From the NCBI GenBank assembly GCA_037200905.1, contig JBBCGN010000001.1, positions 244,795-308,794 on the forward strand: a stretch of 64,000 nt of DNA, in the 5' to 3' direction. Shown piece by piece: positions 1 to 11,221 of the stretch. Position 1 is the stretch's first letter, and each line of letters begins with the position of its first letter. The translations under genes and the position numbers were made by a program. This stretch comes from a bacterium. Lineage in GTDB: Bacteria > Patescibacteriota > Minisyncoccia > Phycocordibacterales > UBA9973. The notes under the pieces were generated by a model. It was not told the DNA's origin and searched no databases. It saw nothing but the letters and a program-made list of their open reading frames with translations.

Positions 1-835
1 ATTTTGGCCTTCGTTCGTATCCTGATGTTCGTCTACTAATATGTACTGATATTTCTCCGATACATCTGCCTTGAAATCAGGATTTTTTTCTAGTTCAGCT
101 CGCACATACAAAATCATATCTGAAAAATCATATAAGCCTCGCTTCTTGATCTCTTCTTGGTATTTAATAAAAATATTTCCAAGCTCTTCGGCACGAGCGA
201 CTTTCTTGTTAACCTTTTCCACTTCAGTTGGTTTTAAATCACCCTTTTTATATTCCCCTGTTGCTCGTTTGTAATACATGTCATCACTCGCAAGCATATC
301 TTTCTTCCAGAGCGGCAATTTCGCCAGAAATTCATCAGGTGAAAGTCCTTCTTTTTTTATTGCGAGAATAGCGTTTACAATTTTTTTCAAAAAAGAAAAT
401 TCATCGTGAAAAGAAACAAGTTCTTTAAATTTATTTTTTTTGGATTATTGATTCTATAATTTCAACTCTTTCGAGATCAGTTACTACTCGTGCTCCTTGC
501 AACGCTGAAAAATAAAAGGGGAATTCTTTAATGAGATGCTCGCAGAATGCATGAAATGTAAAAATATTAACTCTATAACCACTATCACCGATGAGATTGA
601 CAAGTCTTTCACGCATAGAAATAACGCCGGCCGTAGTGTATGTCAGCGCTAAAATACTCTCGGGTTCATTGTGAGTATTGAGTATATTGGCAATACGAAA
701 TGTCAAAATTTGAGTCTTGCCAGTACCTGGCCCTGCAATCACCATTACAGGACCATCGATAGCTTTGACTGCTTTCTTCTGAGCATCGTTTAGGCCTTCT
801 AATGCTCGTTTAAAATCTTCTTCATACTGCTTCAT
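1..835 (-). pseudogene. UvrD/PcrA-family DNA helicase, N-terminal part (runs off window; frame broken at an A8 run near 434-441)
   Basis: Tail of ORF 431..1600 from M at 835 reads MKQYEEDFKRALEGLNDAQKKAV..IAGPGTGKT (Walker A). My translation of the minus strand of 1..430 in another frame gives ..YQYILVDEHQDTNEGQN (helicase motif II). Confidence 0.8.
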
Positions 836-837
836 GT

Positions 838-1600
838 CTACATAATACTCCTCTTGCCCCATTTGCCCAACTTGGTGCGCTCGATAGAGAAAGCCAGGGC
901 CGGAATGCCGAGGCGCTCGCCGAGCGAGTTCGCGATAGCGCGGACATACGTGCCGCCGCCGCAGGCGATCTTGAAATCCGCGATAAAAAATTCTTCTTTC
1001 GGCAGAGAAAGTTCTTTCTGCCCAGACTTTGAGAATCTCATCCTGCCTGAAATCACCTTTTACCTTTTTCACTCTGTTTGAAATGATTCTGAGCAATGCC
1101 CGTGAAGCGATTTTCTTCATGCTGCCGAGAGCAAGACTCTTCACTGATACTTTTTGAGCAGGAGATTCTACCGCTTCGCCTCCGCGCGCATAGGAAAAGA
1201 GCGGCCGGCCGTTCACCGTCCGCGACGAATACATCGGATACTCCTGCATGAACAAGCCGGTAAAGTGCTTCAGATTCTCTTTGATCTCTTTCTTCAATTC
1301 TTTTCCGTCTTTCCGATACATGAATTTTCTCGCTCTGACTTTGCCGAGGATGTCGTATGTGTCCGTAGCGAAACCGAATAAGACTTGGAACTTGTATTCC
1401 TTGTCGAGCTTCAGATACTTTTCTTTCTTCTTCGCCTCATCTCCGGCCAGGACCAGAAGGACGCCGGAAGCCATCGGATCGAGCCGGCCGGCATAGGTCA
1501 TAGGCACGTCCTTATATGCGGGAACGCGAACGCAAAACCGCTTGAGAGCTTCAAGCGGAGTTTCGCCTTCTTTTTTATTGAGCAAAATTATGTTCTTCAA
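838..1600 (-). pseudogene. truB: tRNA pseudouridine synthase TruB (frame switch near 1015-1030)
   Basis: N-terminal part has YAGRLDPMASGVLLVLAG. The C-terminal motif CGGGTYVRAIANSLGERLG lies in a second frame (ORF 838..1056). TTG start overlaps the msrB stop. Confidence 0.8.
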
Positions 1601-1999
1601 GCTTTCTTGTTAAATTTAAGAGATCGCGAATTCACGCAGAAGCGCTTGCCAGTCGTTTCCTTCGGGCCGTCGGGAAAGACATGCCCCAAGTGCCCGCCGC
1701 AGCGAGAGCAGGGTGATCTCGATGCGCTTCATGCCGAGCGTATTGTCTTCGGTATACGTAACTGCTCCGGGAATGCTCTCGTCGAACGCCGGCCAGCCGC
1801 AGCCGGAATCGTATTTATGAGTCGAATCGAAAAGCTGCGTGCCGCAAGCGGCGCATACGTACATGCCGTCTTCGAACTTCGTGTCATACTCGCCGGAAAA
1901 AGGCACCTCGGTGCCTTTTTCGCGCAGGATGCGGTACTCGTCCGGCGTGAGCTCTTTCTTCCATTCCTCTTCAGTTTTGGTCATTTTTTCTTCAGGCAT
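1597..1999 (-). pseudogene. msrB: Peptide-methionine (R)-S-oxide reductase MsrB (1-nt frame break at CCC about 1711-1713)
   Basis: GEYDTKFEDGMYVCAACGTQLFDSTHKYDSGCGWPAF in the ORF. After IEIT the expected [33 protein letters not shown] appears only in the +1 frame. Confidence 0.85.
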
Positions 2000-2037
2000 T
2001 ATTGCATCATGGCGCCGAAGCTGATTTCTGATAGAAG

Positions 2038-2609
2038 TTATTGCGCCTTCACGCTCGACATGTCTTGGAACTTGATGCTCGCAGGCAGGGCGAATTTCGC
2101 AGCATCGGCAGTCCAGGCTGTGCAGTTATAGTCGCCGATCTGATCGGCGTTCCACGAATACGTGCCGGAAGCGCCGGCGCCGGTATCAGTTGCCGCATCG
2201 GCAGATACTTTCATCTTCCAGGCCCATGTTCGGCATCATCGACGACCATGTGTACGAGTATCCGTCTTTCATGACGAAAGAGGTATCGATAGTCCTGCCT
2301 TCCGCTACGGTATTGTATTCGCCAGCAATATTGCCGCCGCTGATGTAGACGGTGCCGGTGTTATCCATATCGCTCAAGTACTGCTTCACCTCGCATTTGT
2401 ACGAGCCGCCTTGCTTTACGAATTGCGAGAAAGCCACTTTCTTGCCGCTTGTCGCAGGAGCCTGCTCTTCGGGGCTCGTGGAATCCGCGACAGCCGGGGC
2501 ATTTTCCGTCCTCTGCCGCCTGCTTGGAGCGGGAGACCGAATAAATGCCATAGCCTATGATGGCAACCGCTGCCACCCACAGGAGCGTTGTTTGTATTGT
2601 TTTTGACAT
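2038..2609 (-). pseudogene. Hypothetical secreted/membrane-anchored protein (two frame breaks)
   Basis: N-terminal TM segment MSKTIQTTLLWVAAVAIIGYGIY. ORFs 2361..2609 and 2186..2551 plus a third frame ending ..IKFQDMSSVKAQ join into one protein. Confidence 0.5.
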
Positions 2610-2627
2610 ATGCGTATTATACCATGC

Positions 2628-2657
2628 AAAAGAAAATACCGGCTACTTGCCGGTATC
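2628..2657 (-). terminator. Rho-independent terminator candidate after the 2692..3021 gene
   Basis: Hairpin taccggc/gccggta followed by a T-run on the minus strand. Confidence 0.5.
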
Positions 2658-2691
2658 GTCCTCGTATTACTTGGTGTTGTAGTAGAATTTC

Positions 2692-3021
2692 TCAATTCAC
2701 TACTTTGCCATCCTTCCAGTGCTGTACCGCCACCTGGCTGCGGGCGATGCGCCCGTAATCCTTATGCGTGACATCCATCGACGATTCGATGGTCGAGTAA
2801 TCCTCCCCGACAGCGACGCCGAGGACCTTGCCGTCATGGAATTCGGTGATGCCTTCGACGAAAGCCTTTTCATATCCGCGATTCGTCTCCTTGCCGACGC
2901 GAGGCGCATCTTCATTTTCCTGCATCACTACGTCCTCTGCATAATATTTTTCGAAGGCTTCCAATATCTTTCCTTCGCTGACCATCTTTGCCAGATCTTC
3001 CGCTAGTTCTTTTGTATTCAT
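2692..3021 (-). CDS. SnoaL-like / NTF2-fold family protein
   Basis: Intact 109-aa ORF. The size and pattern (..KYYAEDVVMQEN..GKETNRGYEKAFVEGI..) resemble SnoaL-like polyketide cyclase-fold proteins. Confidence 0.5.
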   Translation of the reverse strand: MNTKELAEDLAKMVSEGKILEAFEKYYAEDVVMQENEDAPRVGKETNRGYEKAFVEGITEFHDGKVLGVAVGEDYSTIESSMDVTHKDYGRIARSQVAVQHWKDGKVVN

Positions 3022-3025
3022 AATT

Positions 3026-3306
3026 TTATTTGTGTTCCTTTAATTTGATAATATTACCTTCAATGAGTGCCTTAGAAACTTTTTTATAAGCAGACGTCAA
3101 AATGCGCTGAAAAGTACTCTGCGAGATGCCCATCTTCTTGGCAGCCTCGCTCTGATCGAGATTCTCGATATTCTTCAAAACGAAGAGCTTCAGACTCTTC
3201 GATCTCTATCTCGACGAGCTTCATGCCTTTCGGACAGCCTTCAGGCTTGAATTCCTTGTATGTAGGACAGAAGTCCACTTTTTTGTCGCATTTTCGGTCT
3301 CACCAT
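3026..3306 (-). pseudogene. DUF134 (UPF0251) family DNA-binding protein (two frame breaks, one in a T6/A6 run near 3279-3284)
   Basis: Reconstructed as [78 protein letters not shown]. Confidence 0.65.
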
Positions 3307-3481
3307 ATAACGTTATTTGATTCTAACACACCATGCTCTGCAGATAATGGACGTTATGCACAGCATGGTGGAGCTAGAATCGCTTGCTATTAATCTCGAC
3401 CTCCTGTATTATGAATATATACCCATAACAAAAAGAAGTCAATTGTGGAAAACTTTTATGAATAATTACCCTATATAATAT

Positions 3482-4132
3482 ATGGAAAATAAAGAGACAA
3501 GAGAAAAGATACTCACCGCTATGAACTGGCGCGCTACGCAACGCAGGTGTTCGACAAGGAGAAAAAAGTCGCCGCGGAAGATATTCATACCATACTCGAA
3601 GCCGCTCGCCTCTCCCCCAGCTCGATCGGCATCGAGGCCTGGAAATTCTTGTCATCGAAAGTCCGGAAATACGCGAAAAGATATTCCAAGTCGGCAAGCA
3701 GCCGAAGATGCGGGATGCATCGCATCTTGTTGTTATCGCTTACCGTACTGATGCTGCAGAAAATATTACCCGTGAACGACTCGAACGCACTGCAAGATAC
3801 AAAACCAAAAAATTGAAAATCTCGACGGGCTCAAGGCCACACTCGAACGAGGCATCAATGCAAAGATACAAAGCGGCACGCTTGAAGCTTGGGTAAAATC
3901 CCAGACGTATATACCGCTCGGTATCATGATAGAGGCCGCATCGCTCTTGGGCATCGATAACGGACCCATGGAAGGCTTCCCGCCAGAACAGATCGATGAG
4001 ATTCTCGGACTGAAGGAGCAGAATTTAAAATCGGCGACGATGCTCGCGCTCGGCTATCGCGATGACGCAGACCCGGCCAGCCTGCGTCCGAAAGTGCGCC
4101 GCGCATTCGGCGACGTCGTGCAATTCATCTAG
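3482..4132 (+). pseudogene. NAD(P)H nitroreductase family protein (about three frame breaks)
   Basis: ORFs 3482, 3547, 3708 and 3926 join. Segments include ..[26 protein letters not shown].., ..[12 protein letters not shown].. and ..IEAASLLGIDNGPMEGF..ATMLALGYRDD. Confidence 0.75.
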
Positions 4133-4141
4133 GCCAATCGT

Positions 4142-5185
4142 CTAGCATTTGACACCAGTAGTAGGGCTGAATATCGTAGTCGGAGTACAGCCTGCTTTCG
4201 ATGTTGTCGTAGTGGCAGTTGCTGATAGAGCGGCGCGCGATTTCGCGCCGAACACTCCGTCCGCTATCAGCCCTTTGCTCTTTTGAAAAGCGATGACTGC
4301 GGCTTTGGTCTTCGGGCCGAAACTGCCGTCCGCGGCTATGCCGAGGCTTTCTTGCAGCGCCGCCACGTCATCGCCTTTCGAGCCGAGCTGGAGTACGCGC
4401 GCGATAGATGACGCTTGCGCTACCTTGTTCGCGAGAGCTTCGGTGATGGAGCTTGGTAATGCGATATCGAGCGCCTGGGCCTGCACGAGGTCCTTGCGAT
4501 ACAGCGCGACCACGCTCTCGGCCAGGGCTTTTTCGTCCTTGGCGTCGTCGAGGATCTTTTCCAGATAATCGATTTTGTCCGCGACGGGAAAGATCCTCGT
4601 CAGCCTCGGAAAGGGATCAGTAGCCGTCTTGTCTTCGCGCACTTCGAAATGCAGGTGCGTGGCTCCGCCTGCGGCATTCCCCGTGTTTCCGACATAGCCG
4701 ATCAGGTCGCCCGTTTCGAGCACATCGCCTTCGCTGATATCGGCGATCTCGTCGAGATGCATATAGGCGAAAGTTTCGCCGCCCGGATTGGCCGTGTATA
4801 CGTAATTGCCCGCGCTGTCGCCCGTGCCGGTACTGAGCACCACGGCCTCGGTCGGAGACACGACCAATGCCCGTCGGGGCGCCATGATATCGAGTCCTTC
4901 ATGGGTGCGGCCGCCCGAGCGCGGATCGCCGAAGTTCCGGGTAAGGTTGTCCGGGGTCAGTCCGAAGAGTATCGGCAGCGGCAAGTCTTCCACCATATCG
5001 TCGTCGAGCTTGCTGATCTTGTTTTGCAAAGCACTATTGCGCCCGCGGATATGGCTCCAGTCGCCGCCGAAAGGACTCTCTCCTTCCCTCGTCTGGGCAG
5101 AAATGGTTCCGGGCGCGAGACCGGCACAGAGGAACAAGAGGACGGCAAAGCCGGTAATTCTAAAGATGCGTTGTTTTTTTATCAT
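4142..5185 (-). CDS. M23 family metallopeptidase with C-terminal peptidoglycan-binding domain
   Basis: HEGLDI..GNTGNAAGGATHLHFEV (M23). The C-terminus has GSKGDDVAALQESLG..DGSFGPKTKAAVIAFQ (PG_binding_1). Signal/TM segment at the N-terminus. Confidence 0.85.
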   Translation of the reverse strand: MIKKQRIFRITGFAVLLFLCAGLAPGTISAQTREGESPFGGDWSHIRGRNSALQNKISKLDDDMVEDLPLPILFGLTPDNLTRNFGDPRSGGRTHEGLDIMAPRRALVVSPTEAVVLSTGTGDSAGNYVYTANPGGETFAYMHLDEIADISEGDVLETGDLIGYVGNTGNAAGGATHLHFEVREDKTATDPFPRLTRIFPVADKIDYLEKILDDAKDEKALAESVVALYRKDLVQAQALDIALPSSITEALANKVAQASSIARVLQLGSKGDDVAALQESLGIAADGSFGPKTKAAVIAFQKSKGLIADGVFGAKSRAALSATATTTTSKAGCTPTTIFSPTTGVKC

Positions 5186-5244
5186 ATATACCTATGGGGC
5201 GCATGCACGCGCTCGCCGCATGCGCATTACGTGCGGATGAATGA

Positions 5245-6305
5245 TTAATCTTTGTCTCCGAAGCGGAGTCCGGTGCGGAGAAAGATGCCGGCTTCTTTGG
5301 CCGAACTCTCCGAATCGATAAGTTTCGAGTATGCGCTGGCGCGGTCTCCCCTGCTGCTGTCATCGTCCGCTTCCTTGAGAAGCTCTCGTGCCTGATCGAG
5401 GGTCTTATGCGTATCGTCGATGATTTTCCTGCGGCGCGCGGACGCATCGGAAGAATCGTCGCCTGAATGCTGCGTATTGAGGTTGTCTACCGTCGAATCG
5501 ATAATAGATTGAATAGCGTTCTTATGCTTTGAATATGCATCGCTCTTGCCTGCATTGCCGCCCTTCCAGCTGCCGCGCATGTTCTCTGCATTGTCGCGGG
5601 CGGTGTTTGAAATCTTCGACGCATCGTCAGCGCTGCTCGGGTCATCCGCATCCGGGCCGTGGCCCCGGAGGACGTCGAGCACGCGGGCATGGCATTCATC
5701 TCCGCCTTGAAATTCGTCACGATCTCTTCGTCGCCGTCGTTCGAGTTCTTGCCGGCATCATCGCCGCGAGAAGCGGCCTTTTTCTCGGCACGGATCTTGC
5801 CCAAAGCCTTGTTGAGGGCATCGGCATGATTCTCGAGCAAGAGATTCAGCTCCGCTTCCTTGGAGGCATCGAGCTTGTTGTCGCTTGCGAGAGTCTCGGC
5901 TTCGATCAGGCGCTCCGTGGCGAGGTGGCTCTCGTACTCGGCCTTCGCTTCGAGCGAGAATGTCAGGGCGGAACGGAGCGGCTCGACGACATCGGTCTTC
6001 AGCGGATACAGGGCATTGCCGGGCAGGCTGCCGGACGAAGCATAGACCAGGCTCGTGCCGCCGAGCACGAGGACCAAAGTGCACGCTGCCGTATAAAAGG
6101 CGAACGTATGTTTTTTTGAAAATGAAGCGAAGGTATGCCTAAGCCACGGGCTGCGGACAGGTTTTGCCGGAAGCGGCGTTTTGAGCACTTGTTCGAGCAC
6201 GCGCTTCTTCTCCTCGGCAGTCATGCCGATCTTTCGTATTTCTTTGGCTCCAAATTGTATGTGTTCTTCGTTCATATGATTTTGCAAATCATGTCGCATC
6301 TTCAT
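5245..6305 (-). pseudogene. Anti-sigma-like membrane protein with DUF5667-type domain (one frame break near 5690)
   Basis: Lies directly downstream of the ECF sigma gene. It has a TM segment followed by the PGNALYPLK motif. ORFs 5487..6305 and 5245..5682 join. Confidence 0.6.
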
Positions 6306-6331
6306 TTGGAATGCGACGGGCGCGACGCTAT

Positions 6332-6901
6332 TTATACTTCCTCGGTATCGTATCCCGTGCGCTTACGGAGCTCGAGCATCCCCCGATTGATCCGCACCGA
6401 CGCCGCATTGGCGGATATGCCGAGGATCTTGGCGATGTCTTGCGGCAGCATGCCCTCCACGAAGCGCAGATAGAGCGGCTGGCGGTAGCTTTCGGGCAGA
6501 GCATCAAGGGCTTCGAGCAATTGCCTGCCTTCCGCTCCGGCCTCGATATTTTCTTTCGTCGTGGTCTCGTCCGCGACATCGAAGTCCGCCTCGCCTTCCT
6601 TGTGCATCATGGCATCGAGCGAGACGCTCTTCTTCTTGCGGTACCAGTCGATGACCAAGCGATGGGCTACGGTGAACAAGAAAGCCCTATTATTCAATAC
6701 TTCTTTCTCCAGGCTGAGGGTCTGCCACAGGCGCAGGAACGTTTCTTGGACGAGATCGAGCGCCTGCTCGCGGTTCGACACGCGGGTCAGGCAGAATCTG
6801 AAAATGGCATCGGATTCTTCCTCATATATCTTTTGAAATGTCAGGGTTGTATTCGATTCCATATGGATAAGACGCAGCACATGACCAATTCTTACTGCCA
6901 C
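6332..6901 (-). CDS. RNA polymerase sigma-70 factor, ECF subfamily (probable start 6862)
   Basis: ..DAIFRFCLTRVSNREQALDLVQETFLRLW.. (region 2) and ..LPESYRQPLYLRFVEGMLPQDIAKILGISANAASVRINRG.. (region 4). Confidence 0.85.
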   Translation of the reverse strand: MAVRIGHVLRLIHMESNTTLTFQKIYEEESDAIFRFCLTRVSNREQALDLVQETFLRLWQTLSLEKEVLNNRAFLFTVAHRLVIDWYRKKKSVSLDAMMHKEGEADFDVADETTTKENIEAGAEGRQLLEALDALPESYRQPLYLRFVEGMLPQDIAKILGISANAASVRINRGMLELRKRTGYDTEEV

Positions 6902-7040
6902 TCTCTATACAAAATACAGCAGTTACGGGCCGATGTCCATGTAAGAGTAGCTCCGCCTGGCTCGTCTACCCTGTCGCAGGGCCCGCATTCTGGCGCGCGT
7001 CCCGGCACATTATCAATATTGGAATAACAAATTACATAAT

Positions 7041-7865
7041 ATGAAAACACTCAATACCAAAGTAAAGATCATGGCCGCAAGCGCATTATTGGCTCTCGCC
7101 ATCGTGGCCCTTCCGGGCGCCGCTTCGGCTCATGGCGATGACAAGAAAGGTGGCGATCACCGCGGCGTAGAAGTATCAGAACATGCAGGCATCAAGCTCG
7201 GGCACTTCCGTTTCCATCCTCTGTGGTGGAGCCACTTCCGCACGTGGTTCGAGCACAAGCATGACACGGACGGCACCACTGCCTCAAAGCCGGTCATCAG
7301 CGATATCGACACGACGGACATCACCGATGACGAAGCTACCATTACCTGGACGACCGACGTGAACGCGTCCACGCTCATCTGGTACGGCGCCGATGCTTCC
7401 ATAGGCACGTCGGAGAACCCGACCATCACCCGCAGCGTGGCCGCAGGCAAGAGCCACAGCATCCACCTGACCGGCCTCAATGATGGCACAAAATATTACG
7501 TCATAGTCGGTTCGGCCACGGGCGCGGGCAGGACGCTGTCTTCGAAGTTCTCGTTCACCACGGACGACGATGCCGATAATGACGATCCGACCATCTCCAA
7601 TATCAGTGCGACCACAGGCTCCACCTCGACGACCATCACCTGGACCACGGACGAGCCCGCCACGTCCAAGGCCTACTACACTACCAATGCTTCGGTTGAC
7701 AAGGATGACAGCGCCACGAAGAGCGACAATACCCTGACCACTTCGCACTCCCTGCATATCACCGGGCTCAACATCGGCACGCTCTACCGCTATATCGTAG
7801 AGTCGATCGACGGCTCGGACAACAAGACTGATTCGAGCGAACACACCTTCACGACAAGCTCTTAA
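7041..7865 (+). CDS. Secreted protein with two fibronectin type III-like domains
   Basis: Signal peptide, then two repeats of ..ATITWTTD..HS(I/L)H(L/I)TGLN.GT.Y...V... Confidence 0.7.
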   Translation: MKTLNTKVKIMAASALLALAIVALPGAASAHGDDKKGGDHRGVEVSEHAGIKLGHFRFHPLWWSHFRTWFEHKHDTDGTTASKPVISDIDTTDITDDEATITWTTDVNASTLIWYGADASIGTSENPTITRSVAAGKSHSIHLTGLNDGTKYYVIVGSATGAGRTLSSKFSFTTDDDADNDDPTISNISATTGSTSTTITWTTDEPATSKAYYTTNASVDKDDSATKSDNTLTTSHSLHITGLNIGTLYRYIVESIDGSDNKTDSSEHTFTTSS

Positions 7866-7886
7866 GAGTAATGACGGACGACCGAT

Positions 7887-7918
7887 AAAAAAACCGCCAT
7901 TCTCATGGCGGTTTTTTT
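7887..7918. terminator. Bidirectional Rho-independent terminator
   Basis: aaaaaaaccgccattctcatggcggttttttt lies between convergent genes. Confidence 0.8.
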
Positions 7919-7919
7919 A

Positions 7920-8435
7920 TCATTTACATTCTTCTTCGGCGTAAGCGACGAGCTTCGGCTCGCTCGTCTTGTCGGGCACGAGCATCTTGTCTTTTTCTAC
8001 GAGCGCGTAGCGCGATTTCACGAGCGAATCATTCTTGAATTCATACTCTTCCTGTTCTTTGTTCTGCGAGCCTTCCACGGTATACGCATAGATCGCGACG
8101 ATCGAGTTGCCGGTCCTCGTGCCGCTCAATGTTCCCGTATAGCCGTTGGTCATGCCTGGGCCTGCCTGCATGCCCTCTTTCGTGCCGGTGACAGCGCTGC
8201 CGGCCACGCGGAGAGCGATGTGCTCTTCGACGCTGTACGGCTCGGCGTCGCTAGCCTTCTGTGTCCGGGAAAAGCAATAGGCACCGTCGGCAAGATCCAC
8301 GGAAGCAGCAGTGCCAGCCGCCGTATCCGCTTGCTCGGGGTCAGGAACCGCCTCGAACTGGCGCTGTTTGTACAGTACCGTGGCGATAGTGGCGACGAGG
8401 AGCAGGAGGAGGAGCATCCAGAGGATTTTCTTCAT
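7920..8435 (-). CDS. Hypothetical secreted protein
   Basis: Intact ORF with an N-terminal hydrophobic anchor. It looks paralogous to 39419..39884 (shared ..G.Y......GT.SGTR.G.. pattern). Confidence 0.5.
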   Translation of the reverse strand: MKKILWMLLLLLLVATIATVLYKQRQFEAVPDPEQADTAAGTAASVDLADGAYCFSRTQKASDAEPYSVEEHIALRVAGSAVTGTKEGMQAGPGMTNGYTGTLSGTRTGNSIVAIYAYTVEGSQNKEQEEYEFKNDSLVKSRYALVEKDKMLVPDKTSEPKLVAYAEEECK

Positions 8436-8439
8436 GAGA

Positions 8440-9213
8440 CTATTTGTACGGAGCCGCGAGATACGTATCGAGCTCAGTGAGCGGTATCAGGAACGGCACC
8501 GCGCCGAGCACGCCGGGACCGATCTCGTACTTGTCGAAATAAATAGTGAGATTCTTGCTATCCATAGACCAGCTGTCAAACGAAGAAAAGTTCAAGTCGC
8601 CGACTGCATCTGCGAAGACCACGTTCGTATCGGAACCCTGCGGGCGCCAGGCGATGAGCTTCTTCTTCACGAAGGCGGTAAAGGCTGCCTGCTGGTCGCT
8701 CTTGATGGCGTCGGAGAGAGTGATCATCTTGCCTGTCGCGTGCGACGCGGTAAAGACCTTGTACGAGCTGTTGCCGTTGGCGCCGCCGGTATACGCGTAT
8801 CCCGTCAGGATGATGGAATCCGTCTTGCCTCCCTTCTGGTACTTCGCTTCGATCTCGATGGTATACGTCGCCGGAGGGCTGTCCGCGCCGAATTTGGCCC
8901 GCATGTCGGGCACGTCGGCATTGGCCTGGGTTCTGAAATCGCCTACCGTCTTGTCTATGTACGCGCGAGCGGCCGTCGCGATCTCCGCGGAACCGGTGAT
9001 GACGGGCTGCTTGCCGGTGAAATTATCTTCCTTGATGTCTTTCTCGCTTATGGAAATAGGTGTAGCGGCCGGAACAGGCGCGGGAGCCGCAGGCGCGGTC
9101 TCCTTCGCCGGCGCCGGAGCTTTCTTAGTGTAATGGTATAGCAGCGTCGCGATGATGACGACCAAGATTGCGATGACTATATTTTTTATATTGGATTGGG
9201 TTTTTTTCTTCAT
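8440..9213 (-). CDS. DUF3298/DUF4163 (RsiV/PdaC-like) domain protein
   Basis: N-terminal anchor, then ..AARAYIDKTVGDFRTQA..YTIEIEAKY..TGGANGNSSYKVFT..NLTIYFDKYEIGPGVLG.. Confidence 0.6.
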   Translation of the reverse strand: MKKKTQSNIKNIVIAILVVIIATLLYHYTKKAPAPAKETAPAAPAPVPAATPISISEKDIKEDNFTGKQPVITGSAEIATAARAYIDKTVGDFRTQANADVPDMRAKFGADSPPATYTIEIEAKYQKGGKTDSIILTGYAYTGGANGNSSYKVFTASHATGKMITLSDAIKSDQQAAFTAFVKKKLIAWRPQGSDTNVVFADAVGDLNFSSFDSWSMDSKNLTIYFDKYEIGPGVLGAVPFLIPLTELDTYLAAPYK

Positions 9214-9215
9214 GA

Positions 9216-9867
9216 TTATGACGAGAGGCTCGCAGTCTGGATGACGGCATCGATCAAGGGATCAAGAGCGAAAGTATCTTTCTCCTTCTGGCACTCGCTC
9301 GCTTTCGGCTCGTCGTAGTTCGCGCATTGCGGAGCGCGGAGGGTGAAGGTGAAATAGAGGGTCTTGTCCCCCTCTTGCCATGCGTACGCGTACTGCGTGT
9401 AGGTGCTGCCGGCTGCGCCTTCAGCTTCGGTAGTGACGCAATAGGTATGGCCGTTAATGGTCTTAGTCCCAGTTTTGCCTGCAGGAGCATCTTGCTCTCC
9501 GGCATCGTTGCAGGAGAGCGAACCGGTGATACCGGTGACAGCCTGGACTTTCGGCGGCCAGTCTACGGTCTGGATATATGTCGTTGCAAGTTTCTCGGGA
9601 TATTTGAATGTCACCCCGCCGCTCGTAGAGGTCTTCCAGGTGCTCGTATCTACTTTCACTTCCGGGCAGGCCGCCGAACTCGCAGGCCGGGCCGGTGCGG
9701 CCCACGTAGGTGACGCCGTCCGGGCAGAGCTTGGCCTCCATGGTGCACATCACGCCCTGATCCGCCGCCTGTTCCTTGTTCTTGTGCGATACGTATATGC
9801 CGACGCCGAGAGCGATGACGAGCAGTACCACGAGCAATATGTTGTTTTTGGAATTATGACTTGCCAT
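9216..9867 (-). pseudogene. Hypothetical Cys-containing secreted protein (one frame break near 9665)
   Basis: ORF 9463..9903 (from MASHNSKNNILLVVLLVIALG) joins ORF 9216..9659. Confidence 0.45.
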
Positions 9868-9935
9868 GTGATCAGTATAGCACGTTCGGATATTTTCCTT
9901 CATCTCTTGGAGCTATAGAATGCCTGAGGACCGGA

Positions 9936-10714
9936 CTAAGGCTGCGGATACCAGTCGAGCTGCACCACGTCGATTGCGGGATTCTCGGCATTCACCAGCT
10001 CTTTGAACTTCGCCACGTCGCTGAAGCCGTCCTTGGTGCGATAGTGATACGGATAGACTTTCTTCGGAACGAATGCGAGCACGGCATCAGCCGCTTCTTC
10101 TATTCCCATGGTATACGGCAGGTTCATAGCCACGAACGCCATATCGATATCTTTCAGAGCTTTCATCTCCGGAGTGCCGGACGAATCGCCGGAGATGTAT
10201 ACCCGAGTACCCGCTTTTTCTATGACATAGCCGTTGCCCGCTCCCTTCGGATGAAAGCTTGTAGGCGTCTCCGCAGGTTGTACATGGGAACTGCTTCGAC
10301 GGAAAAGCCCAAGACATCAGCCTTGTCGCCGTTCTTCATGACGCGTACGTTTGATTTCAATTCTTCCGGCATGGCGTCCGCCACCGCCTGCGGCGCCATG
10401 ATGACGGTATTCGGGCTTAGTAACGGCCTTGAGCGTGGCCGCGTCGAAATGGTCGGCATGCCCGTGCGTGAGCAGTATGATGTCCGCACCGGCTTGCCCG
10501 TGTACAGGTCCGCCCCGACCGGATCGGCGTAGACGGCACTGCCGTCCCAGCCGAGGATCAGGCTGGCGTGCTCGATAGGATCCACGCTGACCGCGCTTGC
10601 AGGATTCACTGGCGCCGTATTGGCATTGTCTTCCCTGTGGTTCATCTTGATGATTATGAATATGACTATCGCGATGGCTATGATGAAAAGCACGATGTTC
10701 CTCATATTGTTCAT
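9936..10714 (-). pseudogene. MBL-fold metallo-hydrolase (several frame breaks)
   Basis: ADIILLTHGHADHFD lies in ORF 10317..10730. The flanking pieces 10220..10768, 10087..10317 and 9936..10166 join into one protein. Confidence 0.7.
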
Positions 10715-10802
10715 GCCGTAAGTATAGCATGCATCATTACTTGACAATTCTTTAAAAACTAGTATCATTTAGGAAAAGACTTGTATATGGATAAAGAAAT
10801 GG

Positions 10803-11129
10803 ATGCGCGCTGGCATTATTATCAGGTCCAGTACGCGAAAGGCAAAAAAATTCCTTTACGAATTCGGAAAAATCAGAAGAGATTCAGGGGCCTGCGTCAA
10901 GAAGCTCAACAGGATGGAACTTCTCGGCTTCATCGCCGGAGCCGTGGCGGGGTTCCTCGTCGCATTGATCATCATGGTCATTTTCGGCCGCCGGGCAGAC
11001 AGGGACATGGTCGTCTGGATAGCGGTAACCGTATTGGTGTGGAAGATCGTCGAAGCGCGGCTGCGGAGAAAGCTCATGGAGAAAAGAGATTTCCTCGAGT
11101 CCGACCGGCAGCTGCAATGTGTGTTCTGA
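10803..11129 (+). CDS. Hypothetical small membrane protein (start uncertain, possibly 10914)
   Basis: MELLGFIAGAVAGFLVALIIMVIF..VVWIAVTVLVW gives two TM segments. A terminator hairpin follows at about 11140-11175. Confidence 0.4.
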   Translation: MRAGIIIRSSTRKAKKFLYEFGKIRRDSGACVKKLNRMELLGFIAGAVAGFLVALIIMVIFGRRADRDMVVWIAVTVLVWKIVEARLRRKLMEKRDFLESDRQLQCVF

Positions 11130-11221
11130 AAGGAACTAAAACGGGATACTCATATATGTATGTATCCCGTTTTTTCTTGACAAAATGCCCATAAGCCGTA
11201 TTGTAAAGAAAACTTTGAAAT